Shown one piece after another: positions 1 to 9,606 of a DNA stretch of 64,000 bases. The stretch is from a virus (lineage: Duplodnaviria > Caudoviricetes). The stretch's first letter is position 1. Every line of letters begins with the position of its first letter. The position numbers and the translations under genes were made by a program. A model generated the notes under the pieces. The model was not told where the DNA came from. It made no database searches and was given only the letters and a program-made list of their open reading frames with translations. The stretch lies in the IMG/VR virus record IMGVR_UViG_3300033146_005369, positions 13,108 to 77,107 of that record; one strand, 5' to 3'.

Positions 1-434
1 AAATTTGCTTCAATATTCAGAATATTGTAAAAAAGATCGTTGAGAATAACTTTTATTTCATCATTTTTACTATCAATATCAAGAATCTTCTCAAACATGT
101 TGCAACTGGTCATCTCATCAGCATATGTATTCAAAGCTGACGAGATGACGGGTTCATAATCCATTTGTTCAAAGTCGCTATATCTTTCTATCCTCGTGTT
201 CTCGGCTAATCTTCTGTGCGCAATCTGATTGAAAGTTTCGTACTTCCCTCTTCTTGGCGTCATTCCTGTTACAGAATCAAATGAAGTAGGATTAATGTTC
301 ATTTTCTTTTTTTGAACATCATTTTGCCTCTGATATGAGGCAATAGGGCCAGAAAAAAGCCTTGTTAAGATCTTGTATAATTTTGATTTGACATTTTTCG
401 GATTCCTGTCAATTCTTAATTCGCGTGAGCGCAT
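1..434 (-). CDS. Portal protein (T4 gp20-like), N-terminal part, truncated by the window edge
   Basis: Not in the ORF track. My translation from ATG 434 (SD AAGGA upstream) reads MRSRELRIDRNPKNVKSKLYKILTRLFSGP...RYSDFEQMDYEPVISSALNTYADEMT...LFYNILNIEAN, open to the edge. RYxDFExM...ISSALxxYADE resembles gp20-type portals, and the gene follows the terminase. Confidence 0.85.
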   Translation of the reverse strand, partial: MRSRELRIDRNPKNVKSKLYKILTRLFSGPIASYQRQNDVQKKKMNINPTSFDSVTGMTPRRGKYETFNQIAHRRLAENTRIERYSDFEQMDYEPVISSALNTYADEMTSCNMFEKILDIDSKNDEIKVILNDLFYNILNIEAN

Positions 435-443
435 TGCTATCCT

Positions 444-2111
444 TTAGTGCATCAGTGGGAAAATCCAAGCTCCATTACTATCTTTAACTTTGTTATGATG
501 GCTGCTTCGCTTGGTGTCTCTTGCATTGCCAAAAATAATGTTAAAATTACGACTATTATAGCCTTTAATCTTATTGTGCATGACTTGATTGCTTTTTTTA
601 ACTACTACGATATTATTTAAAAGTTCAGACGCCATCTCAGAATGATACATATTCCTTTCCATAATCATTTCTTTAACCCAGCATCCGATAGCAGCCGCCA
701 TAACCAAATCATCATTGTACCCTTTCATCGCTTGTGGCTTCCCATTTTTCCAAATAAATCTCTGTATTTCTTCCACAAATCTTTTGCTATTAATCTTCAA
801 ATTACCATTCATAACAAGTTCGTGGAATTTGTTAATAGCAAAAATTCGTGTTCTAGTTGTTGTTGAAAAGCCTGGGACAACATCATTTCGTACTTGTGCT
901 TCATGAAATTCAACAAATTCATGCGTATTTTTGGAAGAATAATAGATATTCGTTGCTTTTTTGTCGTTAACTAATTTATCTAAAAGCATATAGCCAAGAT
1001 TGTTATTTTCAACAACGATCAATGCTTCCCCATATTCTAATGATATATCGTAAACTAAATCAGAAAGCAGTGAAATATCCACCTTATCTTTAAATTCGCC
1101 AACCTGATTCATATTAAATAAATCAAATACATGGAATGCAGAATAATCTTCTGCATCTCCTCTCGAAACATCAACTGATATCATATATTCGTGTTTTGGT
1201 TTGTAAGTTTCCCAAATGTGCATATGATAATTCAATTGATGTTTGAATAAAGGTTCTGATGTTATTTCTACCAACTCTTGGATTTTCAAAGGATCAATAA
1301 CTGTATGCCCAGAAGCCAAGAAAGAACATTCATATTCTTGTGAGAACTTGCGTAAATCTGTTGAATTGGCTTTTTCTAAATCATACCACTTTTGATCGCG
1401 TTCAGGATGAACTGACCACATTAATTTAACATGATGAAACATATTAACTTCAGCTTCCGCATTGGAATAGATTTTATGGAAAACATTACCCAATCCATTC
1501 GGTGTTGAAAGCATTATGACTCGCCCACCAGTTGTGATTGTTGGTCCAATGGATGTCCAGATCTCTTCCATATTTTCAATATGTGCGGCTTCATCAATGA
1601 TTAATAAAGAAGCTGCCAAAGAACGACCAGCATCAGGGGATGATGGAAGTGACCTAGCCCAAGAACCATTGTCGAATCTTATTTCCGTTTTAGTATCTGT
1701 CGTCACTTTTGAAATCTTCATGAAATCTGGGAGGTTTTCATATGCCTTTTTGATCTTCAGCATAAGCTCTTGAGCAACTACCAGTTTCGTCGCCAAAATT
1801 GCAACAGATTTTTCTTTTTGAAACAAGATAAACCACAATGTATAGGCTGCAACAACAGTCGATATTCCGAGTTGTCTTGCCTTTAAAATGATCGTGTGTC
1901 TTTGTTCTTTAAAGTCCGTAACTAATTTCTCTTGATAATTGTACACATTGAATGAAATCAAACCTCTTGTAATGTGTACAATTTTAATATACTTTTTGAA
2001 AAAATAAATAGGATCTCTACTGCACTTCAACAATTCCTTTTTTAATTCTTTGTTGCTTAATTTAGTTTTCGACGCCTTTTTTATTTTTTTATTAGTTTTT
2101 GCTATCCTCAC
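444..2111 (-). CDS. terL: Terminase large subunit (T4 gp17-like)
   Basis: ILKARQLGISTV (Walker A region), LLIIDEAAHI (Walker B), STPNG coupling motif, RNase H-like nuclease motifs DVSRGDAEDYS and YNDDLVMA. GTG start with GGAG SD. Confidence 0.95.
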   Translation of the reverse strand: MRIAKTNKKIKKASKTKLSNKELKKELLKCSRDPIYFFKKYIKIVHITRGLISFNVYNYQEKLVTDFKEQRHTIILKARQLGISTVVAAYTLWFILFQKEKSVAILATKLVVAQELMLKIKKAYENLPDFMKISKVTTDTKTEIRFDNGSWARSLPSSPDAGRSLAASLLIIDEAAHIENMEEIWTSIGPTITTGGRVIMLSTPNGLGNVFHKIYSNAEAEVNMFHHVKLMWSVHPERDQKWYDLEKANSTDLRKFSQEYECSFLASGHTVIDPLKIQELVEITSEPLFKHQLNYHMHIWETYKPKHEYMISVDVSRGDAEDYSAFHVFDLFNMNQVGEFKDKVDISLLSDLVYDISLEYGEALIVVENNNLGYMLLDKLVNDKKATNIYYSSKNTHEFVEFHEAQVRNDVVPGFSTTTRTRIFAINKFHELVMNGNLKINSKRFVEEIQRFIWKNGKPQAMKGYNDDLVMAAAIGCWVKEMIMERNMYHSEMASELLNNIVVVKKSNQVMHNKIKGYNSRNFNIIFGNARDTKRSSHHNKVKDSNGAWIFPLMH

Positions 2112-2123
2112 TTACCACTCCAG

Positions 2124-2552
2124 CTACATGAACTTTTTAAAGACGCTATCTTCTAAATCAATCTTGTCAATTTTGTAATCTTGACGAGCATTTACTCTAA
2201 CATTATTGGCAGAAAAAGTTGGCGCATCTACTCTGGCATAAAATTCTCCGATTGGCGTAACGCTTAATTTGCTGCCAGTTTTCGTCTTGAATTGTTTCTG
2301 AATATATAAAACAAGTTCCGAAACCATATTCCGAATGCGATTTTCAAAAGCGTTATCAATTTCTTGCGAATTAAATCTGCCATCATATTTTACAATCATG
2401 TTGTCAGAAACAAAACGCACACTAAAACCGTCCATCACTTTGGGATCGCCAACTTTTGTTTCGCGATTTAAAACACCAGTAACCATTTCGCTTCCGTCAT
2501 AAGTATCAGAAACAATTTGATTGATCGCTTTTACAATATCGTAAATATACAT
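2124..2552 (-). CDS. Hypothetical protein (packaging/head region)
   Basis: 142-aa ORF tiled in the operon upstream of terL. No motif recognised. Confidence 0.7.
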   Translation of the reverse strand: MYIYDIVKAINQIVSDTYDGSEMVTGVLNRETKVGDPKVMDGFSVRFVSDNMIVKYDGRFNSQEIDNAFENRIRNMVSELVLYIQKQFKTKTGSKLSVTPIGEFYARVDAPTFSANNVRVNARQDYKIDKIDLEDSVFKKFM

Positions 2553-2803
2553 TATTTGATCCTTTTTACGCTCGCCAAAACTTCTGTTAACTTCTTATTA
2601 ATATTGTACAATTCCGCATACAAATCGGATGGGCGTTTTTGCTTAGTTTCTAACAACCTTTGTTTAACACTTGGGACCAACTCATCCAACTTTTCAGTAA
2701 CCTGCTTTATCATTTCATTAATATAAATTGCTGGCGTTTCGTCCCTAAGTAATTCCACCTCCTCTTTGATAAGCGCTACTAACTCTTTTTCTGTAATTTT
2801 CAT
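2552..2803 (-). CDS. Small helical protein with N-terminal KITEKELVALIKEE motif (possible head-internal protein)
   Basis: 83-aa ORF coupled to its neighbour. Function is inference. Confidence 0.65.
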   Translation of the reverse strand: MKITEKELVALIKEEVELLRDETPAIYINEMIKQVTEKLDELVPSVKQRLLETKQKRPSDLYAELYNINKKLTEVLASVKRIK

Positions 2804-2804
2804 T

Positions 2805-3029
2805 TTAACCTCTTTCTTTGTGTTTTATATAGCATACTAAACAACAATCATGCTTCAAAATGTAGAAGCTATCTCTTCTATCGAATGTGAATTTGTTACA
2901 CATTTTGCAAATTCTACTTTCCTTCCTGCTTGTGTAAGGGCGAGATGAATTATGACTATGTTTTTCTACGAATTCTAAATATTCTTCCTTCAGAATTTCT
3001 AATTCTTTACCTTCATCTTCCAATTTCAT
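2805..3029 (-). CDS. Small Cys-rich, possibly Zn-binding protein
   Basis: CKMC...CCLVC cysteine pairs in a 74-aa ORF. Confidence 0.65.
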   Translation of the reverse strand: MKLEDEGKELEILKEEYLEFVEKHSHNSSRPYTSRKESRICKMCNKFTFDRRDSFYILKHDCCLVCYIKHKERG

Positions 3030-3459
3030 AAATGATAAATCCTATTGTTGTTATTGCAGCGCCTAAACCAACACCAGCCAATCCAGCCTCCCAATCGAAT
3101 CCAAGAGAGGATGTGTCTAGCAACTCATAAGCTTCCTGCAATTCTTCTAAAACCAATCTATTCTTTTCGCGCTCACTTTCTAAATCAACTGTTAACGAAG
3201 TGGTTAACAATTTGCAATTATTTTTTGATTCCTTTATTATAGCTTCCTTCTCTAAGAGGCACATCTTTTCTGACAATTCAATTTCAGAAAAAAGCTTAAC
3301 AGCAGCATCATGAGAAAAAATTATTCCTGAATATGGACACAATTCGTTTTCTTCAATAGGAACTACAACCTCTTGGCTTATTGCAAGTGAAGAAGAAAGA
3401 ATAAAAAATACAATTAAGAAGAATAAAAGGCTATTTTTAAACATCGTTTTTAAATCCAT
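3013..3459 (-). CDS. Secreted/membrane protein (signal peptide, coiled coil, C-terminal TM); spanin-like candidate
   Basis: Hydrophobic N-terminus LLFFLIVFFILSSSLA, central Cys-containing coiled coil, C-terminal hydrophobic AGLAGVGLGAAITTIGFII. Confidence 0.55.
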   Translation of the reverse strand: MDLKTMFKNSLLFFLIVFFILSSSLAISQEVVVPIEENELCPYSGIIFSHDAAVKLFSEIELSEKMCLLEKEAIIKESKNNCKLLTTSLTVDLESEREKNRLVLEELQEAYELLDTSSLGFDWEAGLAGVGLGAAITTIGFIIYEIGR

Positions 3460-3823
3460 ATTTTTCAGAAAAAAGTTCAGCTATTTCTTTGTTGCTCTTG
3501 TTTTGATTTGCTTTTATTTGAATCAAATTGTTTTTTAAAACAGTCTCCCTTTTTCTTTCAAAATCTTCATTGTTCTTTTCTTCCTCTTGCAGATATTCTT
3601 CTAAAATATCAAATTTTTCCTTTTGACTTTCTGTTTCGACAAAAGAAATTTCTTTTCTTTTGGAAACTTTATCCAAAGTTTTGTTCCTTTTTTTTAGGAC
3701 AAAAAAAATGGTCACCAGTGCAGCAAATGCACCAATGACCATTTTCAAAAAGGCTTTAACTTTTATTTTGCTTTTGATCCACTCCATTTTACCCCACTTC
3801 TCTCCATCTCTGAACAATATCAC
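3437..3823 (-). CDS. Membrane-anchored coiled-coil protein; inner-spanin (Rz)-like candidate
   Basis: Single N-terminal TM (FLKMVIGAFAALVTIFFVL) followed by a basic patch and a charged helical tail. Overlaps both neighbours. Confidence 0.55.
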   Translation of the reverse strand: MILFRDGEKWGKMEWIKSKIKVKAFLKMVIGAFAALVTIFFVLKKRNKTLDKVSKRKEISFVETESQKEKFDILEEYLQEEEKNNEDFERKRETVLKNNLIQIKANQNKSNKEIAELFSEKYGFKNDV

Positions 3824-3983
3824 TAAAGCCTTGTATGCCTATGTATGCCGTTGCAATCATTGCCCAAACATCTGATGTAACAAAGCCCAGAACTAAAAAA
3901 ATGGAAGTCATTATAAATACTAAAAATTTTCTTGAAACAACTTTTTGTTGTGCCTTATCCAGCCATCCCTTAGAATCTCTCAT
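3789..3983 (-). CDS. Small two-TM membrane protein; holin-like candidate
   Basis: 64 aa, SRKFLVFIMTSIFLVLGF and VWAMIATAYIGIQGF hydrophobic segments, charged C-terminus, GAGG SD. Confidence 0.55.
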   Translation of the reverse strand: MRDSKGWLDKAQQKVVSRKFLVFIMTSIFLVLGFVTSDVWAMIATAYIGIQGFSDIVQRWREVG

Positions 3984-4012
3984 GATTTTTCACCTCTTGG
4001 TAATTATGAATC

Positions 4013-6997
4013 TTAAATTTCTATTCTAGCTATATTATCAACTTTTTTAATTTTGATAACATGTTCCGCCATTTCTTTTAACGGAACTAAGTGCGTTATT
4101 AAGAAAACCCTTTCAAATTGCGTTTTAATCATATTCAAGAACGGCTTAAAATTGTCCAAATTATCAGAATCAAGACTTGTTGATGGCTCATCGAGAACAA
4201 AAAAAGAACTTTTTGGCAACGAAGAGATAGAAATTAATGCCAATCTTATAGCCATTGAACTTAGTGTTCTTTCCGCTCCAGAGCCGGTTTCCAAAATTCT
4301 TTCCTGCTGGCCTGGTTGGTAGATGAAAATTCTCATTTTTTTGTCTTCAGATACCATCCTTAATTTGAAATTTGCATTTGTCAACAATATTTTGTTCACT
4401 TCCTCATTGATTTTGTTGATATTGTCTGAGATAATCAGGTTCGGAATACCATTTGGATGCATTGCATTGATATACTCTTTGAACAAATGGGCACGTTTTT
4501 CAAGTTTCTCCAGAAGTTTAATAATTTTTGAATAATTCACTTCCTTTTCTTTCAAACCACCAAGCTCTATTAGCCTATTTTTCAAATCAGTTTTGGTACT
4601 GATTACTTCATTCTTCAACAACATTGAATTGCGAGTGAAGAAAGACATTTGTTCTTTATATTTTTCAAGCTTTTCCCAAATTTTCGCATTCTTGTCGTAT
4701 TTCTTATTATTTTCTTCTGCTTCACGCAATTTTTCTAGAATGAAAAACTTTTGACTATTCAATTTAATGATTTTGTTGTTAAGCTCATCATGTTCAAGAA
4801 CAAGTGCGTTATACTTTGTTAAAATCTCTTCTTTTCTTAATGAATTTTCGTAATCTGCCTCAAATTTCTTGCAAAGATTTAACTCTCGTGCCTTATCTTT
4901 TTGCAAAGATTGCAAACCAGCTCTTTTGTCACTCCAATTTTTGACGAATGGACAAGCCTTAAACTTATTCGTGTTGCATGGTGGTAGCACAATGTCTTTA
5001 GACAAACTCGAAATAGATGAAGTAATTGATTTTAAATTCCAATTTTTAATCTGATCTATTTTCTTTTTGAGAATACTTGAATCAATGAAGTCGGAATTTG
5101 GCTTATTCAAGCTCTTAATCCTATCATCAATTTCACTCATTTCAAGAGTTAACATATTGATTTTATCATCAATCTTTTTTAATTTATTGCGACCATCCTG
5201 CATTCTTTCTTCAGAAATACGTTCCAAATTGTTTTCAACTTCAATTTCTTTAATTCTTTCCTCAACCTTCTTTTTATTTTCAAAAGCGAGACGCATTTCT
5301 TTTTCGATTTCACGAAGTTTTCTTTCTTTCTCTTCAATCACTAATGATAACTCTTCAATCTTTCTTATTATTGATTCATGATTGATATTACCAATTTCTT
5401 CTTTATATTTTTTAATAAGAAATTTTTCTCTTTTAATATCCTCTTTGGCCAGTTTTAATTTCTCGCCATATGAAGTGATATTCAAGAAGTTTGAAATGAT
5501 TTCTTTTCTTTTTAGCGAAGGAGATTCAATGAAGTTCTTAAAATCGTCCTGAGAAGAATAATTGGTCATTAAGAAGTCTTCGTAAGTACCAAAAATCTTT
5601 ATAATCGCTTGTTGTGTCTTGTTAACAGAACTCCCAGAAATATTTTCTCCATTTTTGAATAAAGATAATTTGGAAGTCGTCCCTTTTTTGTTTCTCTTGA
5701 GGCTTCTGGTAATTTTGTACCTTTCATTATTGAAATCGAATAGCAATTCAGACTTCATATTATCTTTTTCTTTGTTTAATATATCAAGCCTATTTTCAAC
5801 ACTTTTTGTAATACGGCCAAATATTGTCCATACTATCGAATCAATGAAGTTTGTCTTCCCAGAATAATTTTTCCCATGAATTCCGACTATTCCATTAAGC
5901 GTTGTAAAATCAATATAATTTCCTTCACCAAAATTTAAAATATTATCCCATCTAAATGAAATTAAGGACCATACACCACTTTTATATCCTTCGTTTTCAA
6001 TCAAATCATCATATTTTTTATCAAGATTCTGCAATTCATCAATTCTTGGATTCCCATTAAAAAAATTCTGAAAATATGAATAATTCTTATTGAGAATTAA
6101 AGGCGATTCCTTCTTATCAATCTTGAAAGCGATGTTAATTGATTTTACAGAATACTCATTAGAAATTTTATCTTTCAGGAGCTTAATTTCATGATAAGGT
6201 AAATCTTTTTTAATGAGCAAACGGATTTTTGAATCTTTTTCCAAATTGTAATCATTTTCTTCATATTCGTTCCCAACTTCTATTGTTGTAAAAATAGATG
6301 GATTATAAACCGAGATATAATCCACCTTCCATTCATTTTTTGCAATAATGTTCCAAACTAAAAATCCTTTGTCGCTTGTTTCACCAAAATGTTGCTGGAT
6401 AGTACTCCCAGCATATCTTATTTTGCCGTATTTGTCTAGCTTTTGACATTTATGAATATCTCCTAGCAACACATAATCGAAATGTTCAAATGTTTTTAAA
6501 TTTACTCTACTGTTCTTCATGGCAAATCCACTATCCGTCTTAGAACCGTCTACTGGGCCATGGTGTAAAGCGATATTGATCTTGTTCGGATTGGTTGGTT
6601 CTAGAATCCAGTTGTCTTTATCAAATATGGACAAACAATTTAAAACAATACCCTCTTCAATTTCGACTTCTTTAGAAGATTTTATTAAAGTGATATTCTG
6701 AAGACCGGAAACAATCGGAGTTATTGCATCTTCTCTTGTAGCATTAGAAACCAATCCATCATGATTCCCTAAAATAATATATAAGTGTGCAATTTTTGAA
6801 AGATTCACAAGGAATTCTTTTGCTAAAGAGAAGAATTCTGGAGATAGATTTGTTTTAGAGTGTGCAATATCGCCAGTATGAATTATGCAATCAACATCTT
6901 TCGGAATTTTATTGTAAAGATCCTTAAAAGATTCACGATAAGAATTGTGATATTTTAAATTGCGTATATGTGTATCTGAAATGTGTGCTATCTTCAT
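4013..6997 (-). CDS. Mre11/SbcD nuclease - Rad50/SbcC ATPase fusion
   Basis: N-terminal metallophosphoesterase motifs (ISDTH, HTGDIAH, LGNHD, HHG, LLGDIH) and YAGS. Then Walker A GKNYSGKT, long coiled coil, signature SGAE, Walker B FFVLDEP and ITH, all in one 994-aa frame. Confidence 0.93.
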   Translation of the reverse strand: MKIAHISDTHIRNLKYHNSYRESFKDLYNKIPKDVDCIIHTGDIAHSKTNLSPEFFSLAKEFLVNLSKIAHLYIILGNHDGLVSNATREDAITPIVSGLQNITLIKSSKEVEIEEGIVLNCLSIFDKDNWILEPTNPNKINIALHHGPVDGSKTDSGFAMKNSRVNLKTFEHFDYVLLGDIHKCQKLDKYGKIRYAGSTIQQHFGETSDKGFLVWNIIAKNEWKVDYISVYNPSIFTTIEVGNEYEENDYNLEKDSKIRLLIKKDLPYHEIKLLKDKISNEYSVKSINIAFKIDKKESPLILNKNYSYFQNFFNGNPRIDELQNLDKKYDDLIENEGYKSGVWSLISFRWDNILNFGEGNYIDFTTLNGIVGIHGKNYSGKTNFIDSIVWTIFGRITKSVENRLDILNKEKDNMKSELLFDFNNERYKITRSLKRNKKGTTSKLSLFKNGENISGSSVNKTQQAIIKIFGTYEDFLMTNYSSQDDFKNFIESPSLKRKEIISNFLNITSYGEKLKLAKEDIKREKFLIKKYKEEIGNINHESIIRKIEELSLVIEEKERKLREIEKEMRLAFENKKKVEERIKEIEVENNLERISEERMQDGRNKLKKIDDKINMLTLEMSEIDDRIKSLNKPNSDFIDSSILKKKIDQIKNWNLKSITSSISSLSKDIVLPPCNTNKFKACPFVKNWSDKRAGLQSLQKDKARELNLCKKFEADYENSLRKEEILTKYNALVLEHDELNNKIIKLNSQKFFILEKLREAEENNKKYDKNAKIWEKLEKYKEQMSFFTRNSMLLKNEVISTKTDLKNRLIELGGLKEKEVNYSKIIKLLEKLEKRAHLFKEYINAMHPNGIPNLIISDNINKINEEVNKILLTNANFKLRMVSEDKKMRIFIYQPGQQERILETGSGAERTLSSMAIRLALISISSLPKSSFFVLDEPSTSLDSDNLDNFKPFLNMIKTQFERVFLITHLVPLKEMAEHVIKIKKVDNIARIEI

Positions 6998-7945
6998 TTA
7001 TCCTCGTTTTAACATCTCTTTAATACTGTTGAGCTTGTTGCCAACAACATCTTGCCTCGATGCTGAATTTTTTCTCTCAAGGAACACTTCTCTTGGCATT
7101 TCACCAACATCTTTATAAGGAGAGATGTCAACCTTTCTCACTTCTATTCCCAACTTTAAGAAAAAATCAATCAACTTTGTTTTTTTAAAAAAGGCGTCCT
7201 CGTCCAAAGCTAACACTACTTCACTATCATGCTCGCATATTTTCTTGACTAAAACACTATTTTTTATCAAAGCACTTCCTAAAAGTGGTATTGCATTTGC
7301 TCCTGCTTTTATTGCATCAAAAATTCCTTCCACAATAATAATCGGCTCATCCCAATCGATCATTAAATCATTGAAAATTATATTTCTACTTCCTTTAGAA
7401 CTGAAGTAAGATAATTTATGTCCAACAAAACTTCTTCCAACATAATACACTACTTTACCATTATTATCAAAAGAAAGAAATATTATTCGTCCTGTCATGT
7501 TGCCCTCTAAAAAGATGCCAGGCTTCCATAAATCAATATCTTCTTCTGTAACAGAACGCTCTTGTAAATACTTTAAAGCACGATGGCCAGCTCTGCTTAA
7601 GTGTGTCGAAGTTAGTGATTCAAAATGTTCAAGCTTGATGATCTCTCTTTCGATCTCTTCATTGTCATCTGCCATAAGCTTTTTCAAATCTTGGAGCTTG
7701 ATACTGCTTTTTTTGGCAAATAAGGCAGCTTGCTTTTTCTGGAAAGGAGTTCCATACCTCCTTATGATCCTTGATAAATCACTTCCAGACCATTCGCAAA
7801 CCCAACATTTAAAAACATTTTTGTTGTAATTGATTGACAACTTGTTTTTATGATGTGTTTTACATACAGGACAATTATAAAGGTATTCTTCTCCCTGCTT
7901 GCTAGAAACGCCCAATATTTCATCTAAAACTTTTTTATATCTCAT
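6998..7945 (-). CDS. dnaG: DnaG-like DNA primase (Zn finger + TOPRIM)
   Basis: CPVC...H...CWVC zinc-binding domain, TOPRIM IVEGIFDA and LALDED. Start refined to ATG 7945 (GGAG SD); the ORF track starts at 7993. Confidence 0.9.
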   Translation of the reverse strand: MRYKKVLDEILGVSSKQGEEYLYNCPVCKTHHKNKLSINYNKNVFKCWVCEWSGSDLSRIIRRYGTPFQKKQAALFAKKSSIKLQDLKKLMADDNEEIEREIIKLEHFESLTSTHLSRAGHRALKYLQERSVTEEDIDLWKPGIFLEGNMTGRIIFLSFDNNGKVVYYVGRSFVGHKLSYFSSKGSRNIIFNDLMIDWDEPIIIVEGIFDAIKAGANAIPLLGSALIKNSVLVKKICEHDSEVVLALDEDAFFKKTKLIDFFLKLGIEVRKVDISPYKDVGEMPREVFLERKNSASRQDVVGNKLNSIKEMLKRG

Positions 7946-7977
7946 TGCACGCTCCGCGCAACATTGACTCATTGCAT

Positions 7978-8006
7978 ATGATATAGCATACACACATGTT
8001 TAGCAA
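7978..8006 (-). promoter_or_regulatory. Sigma70-type promoter upstream of primase
   Basis: Minus strand TTGCTA-17 nt-TATCAT. The spacer contains the ACA-N4-TGT dyad seen elsewhere. Confidence 0.55.
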
Positions 8007-8566
8007 GCAATAAGTGCACTCCTGTCTTTTTGATGATAAAGATGCCATGCGTATTTTGCTATTACTATAGCATCAACTGCGTCAAACAATTCTGATTTAA
8101 TATTGTTATTCCTGTTAAATTCTAGTTTGAAATTTGGTTCACTATTTTTAACATAATCAAGAACAAAATTTTTGACTGTTATTTTCCGCTTCTTTTCAAG
8201 TCTCGTCGGATTTCGTATGGCGAAATGTTTCCTTGCTGCCTTGAAATCAATATGAATTGGTGTTATAAACAATTCGTGCATTTTGTAAGAAACGGAACCG
8301 TTAAATTTGGCCAATGAAGAAATCGACCTAGCAGACGATTTACCACCTTTAAATTTATGAAGGATTTCCTCAATATAAATATGTTCAATTTTGTGCATTT
8401 CAAAAACATTTTTTAATGCATCAACAACACAATCAATTTTGATATACTTGTTTGAACGCTTTTTTGTCGTACTTGTCTTGATATAACCATACTTTAACAG
8501 CTTCCCGTCTTCTATAACAGCCCACCCAGTACAATTTGTGCTTATATCAAGACCAATTATTTTCAT
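8000..8566 (-). CDS. ruvC: RuvC-like Holliday junction resolvase
   Basis: MKIIGLDISTNCTGWAV, IYIEE and DAVDAIVIA give the three RuvC acidic motifs in 188 aa. Confidence 0.85.
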   Translation of the reverse strand: MKIIGLDISTNCTGWAVIEDGKLLKYGYIKTSTTKKRSNKYIKIDCVVDALKNVFEMHKIEHIYIEEILHKFKGGKSSARSISSLAKFNGSVSYKMHELFITPIHIDFKAARKHFAIRNPTRLEKKRKITVKNFVLDYVKNSEPNFKLEFNRNNNIKSELFDAVDAIVIAKYAWHLYHQKDRSALIAC

Positions 8567-9597
8567 AAATCGTTCGCATCCTTCATCATTCGCTGAATAA
8601 AACTTTCTTCTTCTGACATTCTTATATCGCCTTTTTCTACCATGTCTTTTGCAAATTGTCTAGCTATTTCTTCTCTTGTGCGAGTCGAACTTATTTTGCT
8701 CATAATATTTAAGAATTTTATATAAATGCTTGTTTCTTCTGCTTTATCATTGTTGTATAATTCCATAATATTACTTCTGAAATCTGATTCAGTATCACTT
8801 ATAATGATGCCTGGGACATATTGAAGTTCAATACCATGGATATCGCGCAATGTTTCTAATTTTTGTACTTGAAAAGTGATCCCTTCTTCTTCTGAGTCCC
8901 ATTCTCCAGAAATAATTCTATCTTCAAAAACAGGAGATGATTCAAGAATATAAAATCCTCTTTTAAAATTATGCTTTCTATCACCAATCTCATGTTTGAA
9001 TGGTTCATCTAGTCTTACTGTATAATATTCACTTTTGCTTTGTTTTGAATTTTCATCATTGAAGGTCCTCAATTTTGTTGCAAATGGGGTCTCTTCTGTT
9101 TTGACAAATTTATTGGCAATCGTTGACAAAAACTCATGACCGAACTGGTTTGCTAAGTCAAATTTTAATTGTCCATTAAGTTCTGCAATCGATTCTAGCA
9201 TCGTTTGGAGAGACTTGTTTTTAAATTCGTCAATGTAAGATTTGATTTTTTGCAAGGATGTATCGATATCTGGAGCAATGACCTGTTTAGAATATAAATC
9301 ACCTTCGTCATTTGTTAATGGTCTTATGGCGACTTTTCTACTCATTCCTTCTGGTTTAAAACGATTGAACAAAGTAACTGTTGATGTCAATGTATCAACA
9401 TGATTTGCTGGAAAAATGTCAATGTGGACAAACAAATCATCTCTTTTATCAGGATAAAAACCAAGTGGTCCTCTAAAGGAATGAAAAGTTGATCTTGGAA
9501 AAAGTTTTTTCAATTTCTTTTTCATTCGTAATATCAATTTGTTTCTTGAAAGTCTTTTGATCTCTTCAATCAAATATAATTCTATTTGTTTATCCAT
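8563..9597 (-). CDS. Hypothetical protein
   Basis: 344-aa ORF with ATGA overlap to ruvC. No family recognised. Confidence 0.7.
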   Translation of the reverse strand: MDKQIELYLIEEIKRLSRNKLILRMKKKLKKLFPRSTFHSFRGPLGFYPDKRDDLFVHIDIFPANHVDTLTSTVTLFNRFKPEGMSRKVAIRPLTNDEGDLYSKQVIAPDIDTSLQKIKSYIDEFKNKSLQTMLESIAELNGQLKFDLANQFGHEFLSTIANKFVKTEETPFATKLRTFNDENSKQSKSEYYTVRLDEPFKHEIGDRKHNFKRGFYILESSPVFEDRIISGEWDSEEEGITFQVQKLETLRDIHGIELQYVPGIIISDTESDFRSNIMELYNNDKAEETSIYIKFLNIMSKISSTRTREEIARQFAKDMVEKGDIRMSEEESFIQRMMKDANDL

Positions 9598-9606
9598 TGT
9601 TTTTCC

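Noticed and set aside
444-7945. Inteins or introns in terminase, SbcCD or primase
   Set aside because: Lengths and motif spacing are ordinary, with no C/S...HN splice motifs or LAGLIDADG blocks.
8000-8566. RuvC domain as TnpB/Cas12-like effector
   Set aside because: Only 188 aa, with contiguous resolvase motifs, no Zn finger or REC lobe, and no IS ends.
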